This document shows, piece by piece, positions 56,968 to 64,000 of a stretch of 64,000 bases of DNA. The first letter of the stretch is position 1. The number at the start of each line of letters is the position of its first letter. The position numbers and the translations under genes were made by a program. This DNA is from the human T2T-CHM13v2.0 reference genome, Homo sapiens: the NCBI RefSeq assembly GCF_009914755.1, contig NC_060936.1. One strand, written 5' to 3'. The notes beneath the pieces were generated by a model. It made no database searches and was not told the DNA's origin. It saw nothing but the letters and a program-made list of their open reading frames with translations.

Positions 56968-57052
56968 ATTTATTCTGAAATTTGGCTATCACTGTCCTAC
57001 TCCTTTCTAAATCTCTTTCTTTTTCAATTAGTTCTCTTGAAAGAAATTCATT
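56968..57052 (-). CDS. CEP290: CEP290 exon 19 (85 nt)
   Basis: NEFLSRELIEKERDLERSRTVIAKFQNK; cag|, |gtaagt. Confidence 0.97.
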
Positions 57053-57347
57053 CTGAAAAAAGCAGAGAGAATAAAATTGATTTTTTTCAACAAAATATCA
57101 CAAGTCTATAATTTTCAAGTTAAGAAAAGTTTGATCAATTAAGTATAACAAAACAAAACAAAAAAAACGAGCTATGAAGACATAGCAGCAATCATAAAAA
57201 TAAACTAAAATCTAAACAGTAAAGCAGATGGTGATCTTAATCCCACTTTCTCCCTCTCCCAACATCCATGGTAAGAGGCAAAAAGATATAACGGTTTTTG
57301 TCTTTAGTACCACAATCATCTCTTTTAATGTTCTGCCTTTACACTAC

Positions 57348-57440
57348 CTGTTCTGCCTGGCTTCTGTGATGTTCAAGCTCTATATCTGCATTTCTACACT
57401 CTGCTTCTTTGATCAAGAATTCCTGTGCTATGATTTCATT
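57348..57440 (-). CDS. CEP290: Candidate non-canonical in-frame cassette exon '18b' (93 nt, 31 aa)
   Basis: NEIIAQEFLIKEAECRNADIELEHHRSQAEQ; ttttctttag|, CAG|gtagtg; phase 0-0. Confidence 0.8.
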
Positions 57441-57635
57441 CTAAAGAAAAATTTAATAAATTAGACAAGTCAATGAGTTCATATCAATGTACTGCATTTT
57501 AGATTTTAAAAAGTACAATGTGTATAACTGATGTTAAAGTGCAAACAAAAATATTCTAACTATAATTGTTACAGAACTTTGTTAGAGACGTCATAAAAGA
57601 ACAACCACAGAAATATAATTTGGAGAAAAACTCAC

Positions 57636-58403
57636 CTGAGATCTAAGAAATACTAGCTCTCTCCGTAACTGTTCTATAAGATTTTCAAGAGAATTTATCT
57701 GAGATAATTTTGATTGTGCAGTAATAGACACAGGGTCTGGAAGATTAACCTTAAGCTTATTTTTCAATATCTCTGTCTGTAAGGGTACTTCACTTTTTAT
57801 TATATCTTCTTTCAAATTGATATCAGCATACTTTACTTGGGAATGAACCTGTTCTTCTTCTAATGTTGCTACTTGTGATTTATCCATGTCAGCTCTATTT
57901 TCATGAATTTGTTGACAAAATATTGCAGATTTTTGCCTAAGTGATAACTTCTGCATTATGTCTGAAGCTGTTGATAAGCCATGAAAAGATGAATTGCTTT
58001 TTTGTACAAAACTAGTCTTCTCTAGTGCTTGATGGCTTCTTGACACCTTCTTCATACAGTCATCAGAAAAAAGGCATATGTCATTTATTTCTTCATGGCT
58101 TTCCCTACTAAAGGTGCTGACTAACGATTCTAGATTTCTTGAAGACTGCAGACATGGTGCTTTAAAAATCTCTCTTATTGTAATAGTTTCTGGAGTTGAA
58201 TTCTCTTTAACTTGCATGGATGAAGAAAGTCTAGTTAAAGGGACAAAAGGATGCATTCCACTTTCTACACTATGGTGAATTTCAGATAACATTCTTGATA
58301 ATGATCCTATGGTCATATTCTCTTCTGTCTCATTCTGATCTGACTGTGGGGTATTGAATGATGATCTCCTATGCAGCAGCTCTGCTTTATCTGAACTCCT
58401 AAT
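57636..58403 (-). CDS. CEP290: Candidate non-canonical in-frame cassette exon '18a' (768 nt, 256 aa)
   Basis: Stop-free IRSSDKAELLHRRSSF...ELVFLRSQ; acceptor tactctgaatacag|, consensus donor CAG|gtgagt; phase 0-0 matches intron 18. Confidence 0.85.
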
Positions 58404-58562
58404 CTGTATTCAGAGTAAATAATGTCTCATTAATCAATCTTTGAATCAACAGGTTAAATAAGCAAATATTTCCCTCTACTTATTTAACAACAATAATAAG
58501 ATTAGATGTTCAAGAATGAGATAAAGGGGGAAGACATGAAAACACAATAAAAATATTTTCCT

Positions 58563-59061
<499 letters not shown>

Positions 59062-59621
59062 CTACTATTCCAACACTTTAATTCTTAAAACCTACAATCA
59101 AGTTTTAATGCAAAGGTAGAATAATTGTTTCCAAAATCCCTCCAAAATTCTACATAGCCAATACAAGCTTCTCATTTAGCTCACTTTTAATGAACTATTA
59201 ATAATGTGAGAACCTAATTTTTGAATTTCATCTTCTCTACCATTCTTTGCCTATTCTATATTAAAGTGCTACTTAATAAGCACCAGTTAAAAGACATATA
59301 AAGTAAATATAAATGATGAGTAATGAGTAAACTGATTATTGTACTAATAAATCATGAAGTTTTTTCTTGAGAAAGTTTTGGATGTATTATAGAAATCATA
59401 ATGCTAAAAAGAACCACTCTGCTATTACTCATATACGTGCTTGGGGATTTGGGGCAAGTGAAAAAGACAGTCCTTCTGTGTGGTCTTCTTACAAAAAAGC
59501 ACTGCAATGGCTATTATAAAACTTAACCAACTGTTCTCTTTAGCTCAAGTAAAATAAACCCAAGAAAGATGTTAATTTATATTCAATAAAACATTACTTT
59601 CACTTAGAAAAGAATAATTTA

Positions 59622-59938
<317 letters not shown>

Positions 59939-60352
59939 CTTACAAGAAAAGCTTTTCAATGCATAGTCCTTAAGGAAAGGGAAAATGTTGAGTAACATAT
60001 ATTAACATAAAAACTACTAAGTTTTATTATTATTAATAACAACATATTGGTGCTGTCTAGAAATTAAAATACTATACTATAAAACTTTTCAAAAATTCCA
60101 TAATTCTAAGGTTTTTTTCTTTTTTGTTTGCTTGGTTTTTGTTATTTTGTTTTGTTTTGTTTTTGTCTATTTCAGATTCAGGACTGAACCCACTGACACT
60201 CACTTATCTCCTTCAGGTTATTATTGTCATTTATTAAATTTGTAGCAGATCCACAATAGAACAGCAAAAACAGCTAAGACACAAATAATTTCATATCCAG
60301 ACAACTCACTTATCAATAATTCTTTTTAAAGGTTTAGAATAACTGAGTATAC

Positions 60353-60440
60353 CTGAAGTTGCACTTCTTTTTCCTCTTTCTTGAGCCATTTGACGAATTT
60401 TTTTTTTCAGATCAAGTCGTTCTTCCTCTAGACTTTCAAT
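60353..60440 (-). CDS. CEP290: CEP290 exon 17 (88 nt)
   Basis: IESLEEERLDLKKKIRQMAQERGKRSATS; cag|, |gtatac. Confidence 0.97.
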
Positions 60441-60512
60441 CTGCAAAGTATAAATTATTAGTATTTCTCTATAGTTCAGCCAAGAAAATAATCAACTGAC
60501 TACCACACTTGC

Positions 60513-60613
60513 CTCTTTCAAAAGAATCTGGTTTTCAGCTCTGTACTGCTGCTGTTTTAAGTGTTTGCTATTTCTAAATTCAGTTAAATCAATCATTGTC
60601 TTTGGTTCAAGGC
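60513..60613 (-). CDS. CEP290: CEP290 exon 16 (101 nt), GC donor
   Basis: [10 protein letters not shown]...QILLKE; donor GAG|gcaagt. Confidence 0.95.
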
Positions 60614-60932
60614 CTACAATAGAAAGCAATATAATTAAAAACTTAAAAACATTCAAATAAGCTGCAAAAATGTCATATACCATCAAGCAACTGGTTATAA
60701 TTCACTTAGCCAGTATCACTGAAGAATGAGGTAACTTTCTGTGAAAGAATTTTCCAGATATTTAAACTGTAACCCAAGTTAAAATTTTATCACAATTATT
60801 AATGGAAATCCTAACAAAAACCTAAATGAAATTATAAACCAAGATTTGGAGCTTTTTAAGCACAGAAAATATGATGTCTATGACAGCTACCTAGACGGGC
60901 CAGAAGTCATCTTTAGGAACTTCCAGATTCTT

Positions 60933-60996
60933 GGCTGTGATCTGATAGTCCAAGTTGATCAGAAGGCTGTGATCTGATAGTCCAAGTTGATCAGAA
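60933..60996. repeat. Perfect 32-bp tandem duplication
   Basis: ggctgtgatctgatagtccaagttgatcagaa x2. Confidence 0.97.
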
Positions 60997-61373
60997 GTCT
61001 AATTTGGGGTCCTAGCACAACTACGGATCCAAGTTAGATACTTTTCACACATATATATCTGTATAAAATACTTATTTGTCTATTTGTCTTTTCTTTAGAT
61101 AATAGTTTTTACAAATGATCATTTTTAACTAAGAAAGCATTAAATGAAATTTAGCAATAATGAAATTGATATTTAGATATTTATTTTCATTTTAAAGCAG
61201 CAACTTAGTCTGCACTATCATAACACTCAAATTAGTAATATTAACTAATAGGCTATTTATTAAAATAAATATATAAACTCTCAAGCTATATTACTAATTA
61301 CTCCTTAAAATACTCGAACAAAGTAAAACGTAAGTAGTCTAAATTATAAAAATCAAGTACTTAAAAATCTTTA

Positions 61374-61600
<227 letters not shown>

Positions 61601-61983
61601 GTTTAAATATCTCATCTGTTACAAGAGCATTTTGCAAACAAACATGGGTAATACAGACCCTACTTTTGTTGGGAAAAAAAAAGGTTAATCTCTGATATGT
61701 GGTATTAATAAACTTTCATCTTTTTAAACAAGCAGCTATTACTGAGGAGATGCTAGACCAAATAAAGCAATGTTCCAGCCCTGCCCACCCACCACTCCAA
61801 CCCCATAAAATCTGATTCCACTTCAATCAGGTTAGCTCCACTTTTATTTGTATTAAATGTTTTATAAAAGCATTTGAAAAAAGCATTAAACTACTTAATA
61901 AATAATAATAAACAAAATTTAAATTAAAAAAAAAGACTTGTAAATCAGGTTGCGCAAACTATGTAACTTAAAACATGGCTTAC

Positions 61984-62146
61984 CCACACGCTCTCTAAGT
62001 GCCTCATTTTCATCAAGGAAATCACTGATCTTCAATTCAAGTTTATTGATTTCCTTTGTTAATATTTCAATCTCTCGATCTCTTATTTTAATTTGGTTTT
62101 TACAATTCTTTATTTCAACGACAGCATCTTCTAAACCATATACTCC
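61984..62146 (-). CDS. CEP290: CEP290 exon 15 (163 nt)
   Basis: [13 protein letters not shown]...ALRERV; cag|, |gtaagc. Confidence 0.97.
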
Positions 62147-62866
62147 CTGAAAAATATCCAATTTAATTTAAAATATAACATGGTTTACTTGAATAAATTT
62201 ATCAAGTTCATGATTTTTTTTTTACTAAGTCTAAAGGAAAATGTACATATGCCTATAATTTATATCATTACACTGGTTTTTTATTGTGCTTTTATAAACC
62301 AAATCCAGTAATAATAATGATGTAATATGCAACAGTTAAAACTTTCCAGTATAATATCCTAAAGGCAAAGTGACTCTGAATATGCATTACATATAAAAAA
62401 CACTTACCAAAATACTAAAAGAATTAGTAAAAGCAAATCAGCAATACCAGTAGAATAAGTAAGTCATTAGTTGCTTGAATTAGTTGTAACCAATGAAAAA
62501 GTATAAAAAGTGGAGAGCAGGTTGTATTGACACAGTATGTTCCTGTCATAAATTCTGTCAAATTGGCCAGTGGTGTCACATCTACATGGTGGCCCAATGA
62601 ACACAGATAATAAAAAAAAGTAATCCTGCTGCTTCACCAAAACTGATTATTTGGACAAATCACTGTGATCAAAAGTTTGAAAACAATTCTGGCAAAAAGT
62701 AAATGCTCAAAGGTTTCAATAGTTTAGTATAAATTAATGAGGATAATCTTTATCAAAAGATACTTATGGAATGTTTTTTAAATGGTATGCAGTAAATAGC
62801 ACAGAATAGTCTGTGAATGGCAAGAATAATTCTAAGCTCCTTGAATGACAAGATAAAAATACATAC

Positions 62867-63036
62867 CGATTCATAATCTTTTAACCTCTTCAGAGCCTCA
62901 ACTAATTCTTTATCCTTTTCCCTAGCATCAGCCTCAGCCAGTTCAGCTGTTCTCTCAGCCTCTTTAGTTTTCTCTTTTAAAATGTCTAACGTTGACTGAA
63001 TTTTCATATGAGTCTGTTGAGAAAGGGTTGAAGCAC
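62867..63036 (-). CDS. CEP290: CEP290 exon 14 (170 nt)
   Basis: GASTLSQQTHMKIQSTLD...LKDYES; tag|GT acceptor, TCG|gtatgt donor. Confidence 0.97.
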
Positions 63037-63304
63037 CTACAGAGTAAAAACAAAAATCATGAATTGAATTGACTACTTATTCCTTCAAATCAGTGATCCC
63101 AACATGGTGGCAAGAAAAGTGGTATGCCATTAAAAAAAAATCCTTTAAAGTTGTCATTTTATATTTGTAAGATGAAAGTTTTGTTTTGGTTTTACTAATA
63201 CAATTTACTAAAAAACTGAAGTTCAGTAAAACCTTCTTAGCTGAAGGGGTATGGATTTTAAAAGGTTGCAAAATACTGCTTTACAAAAAATGATCATTGT
63301 GATA

Positions 63305-63795
63305 CAGACTGCTAGCTGTTCCTAATATTTAACCTCCCTTTTGTCCACTGTACTAAAACTATGGATTTTTAGCTTGACACGTGGCCATTTGAAATAAAGA
63401 ACTAAATTTCCACTTACACACAAGCAGCTATGTGTGGTCATGTCAGTAATGGAATATAAACGCAAAGTTCATATGTGAATTTCAAAAAAAAAAAAAAAAT
63501 GTTTTTAAAATAAAGGAGTAATCTCTCTTCTCTTTCCTCCTTCCTGCTAGCTGAAATCCACATGGATATGAGGGTGGCAACTTCACATGAGTTAGAAACC
63601 ACATGTTGAGATAGGCACAGCAACAAGAGACAGGGTTCCTGATAGGGGATATTTGAGCATCTGTCACACAAATCCTGCCCTAGTTGCTTCAACTTTGTCT
63701 ATATTATAGAGAAATAAATTTCTATCTTGTTTAAATTATTGTATTATGCTTGATTTTTCTGTCACTTGCAGCTAAATTTAATCCAAACTAAGCTA
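63305..63795. mobile_element. MLT1/LTR16-like old LTR
   Basis: ttcctgctagctgaaat...gagaaataaatttctatcttgtttaa. Confidence 0.55.
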
Positions 63796-64000
63796 AAAAC
63801 TTCCTAAATGCCTACTTGTAATATCTTACTAAATTGTTAAAAGACCAAAACATAATATTGCTATCATTCCAAAATTGATTGACAGATCATTCTCACACTC
63901 ATTCATTATAAGCATTTACTAATATATAGGTTATATATTTAATATTGGACTTAGGCATAAAACTAGTACGTTTGAGATCACAAAAGTTTTTAAGAAATGA

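Noticed and set aside
58078-58278. + strand ORFs antisense to coding exons (also 48459, 44763, 61950, 24832, 13653)
   Set aside because: Shadow ORFs caused by codon bias of the minus-strand exons.
57591-58316. 241-aa ORF as an independent nested gene or retrogene
   Set aside because: The frame is open 29 codons upstream of the ATG to a splice acceptor and closes shortly after a consensus donor, in phase with CEP290; no poly-A tail or TSD. Better explained as a cassette exon.

Overview
Human (primate) genomic DNA, AT-rich and Alu-rich. The whole window lies inside CEP290 (centrosomal/ciliary transition-zone coiled-coil protein; NPHP6/LCA10/JBTS5), encoded on the minus strand. I mapped 36 consecutive canonical coding exons (14-49 of the canonical transcript, about c.1190-6818, residues ~397-2273) by splice sites and continuous reading frame; exon numbers and c. 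positions are from recall plus summed exon lengths. Intron 26 holds the Alu-derived 128-nt cryptic 'exon X' of the LCA10 c.2991+1655A>G allele, here in the wild-type state. The most notable structure beyond the canonical gene is a hidden layer of candidate cassette exons. Intron 18 has two stop-free, phase-0 exons (768 nt and 93 nt, +287 aa). There are frame-preserving microexon candidates of 9, 15 and 27 nt, frame-shifting/poison candidates of 7, 14, 44 and 103 nt, and a decayed coding-like tract in intron 44. Other oddities are a 72-nt GC-AG intron, a duplicated exon-22 donor and exons that regenerate 5' splice sites. About 25 Alus plus L1, L2, MIR, LTR and DNA-transposon remnants fill the introns. 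The non-canonical exons are predictions from sequence only, and some may already be in isoform databases.
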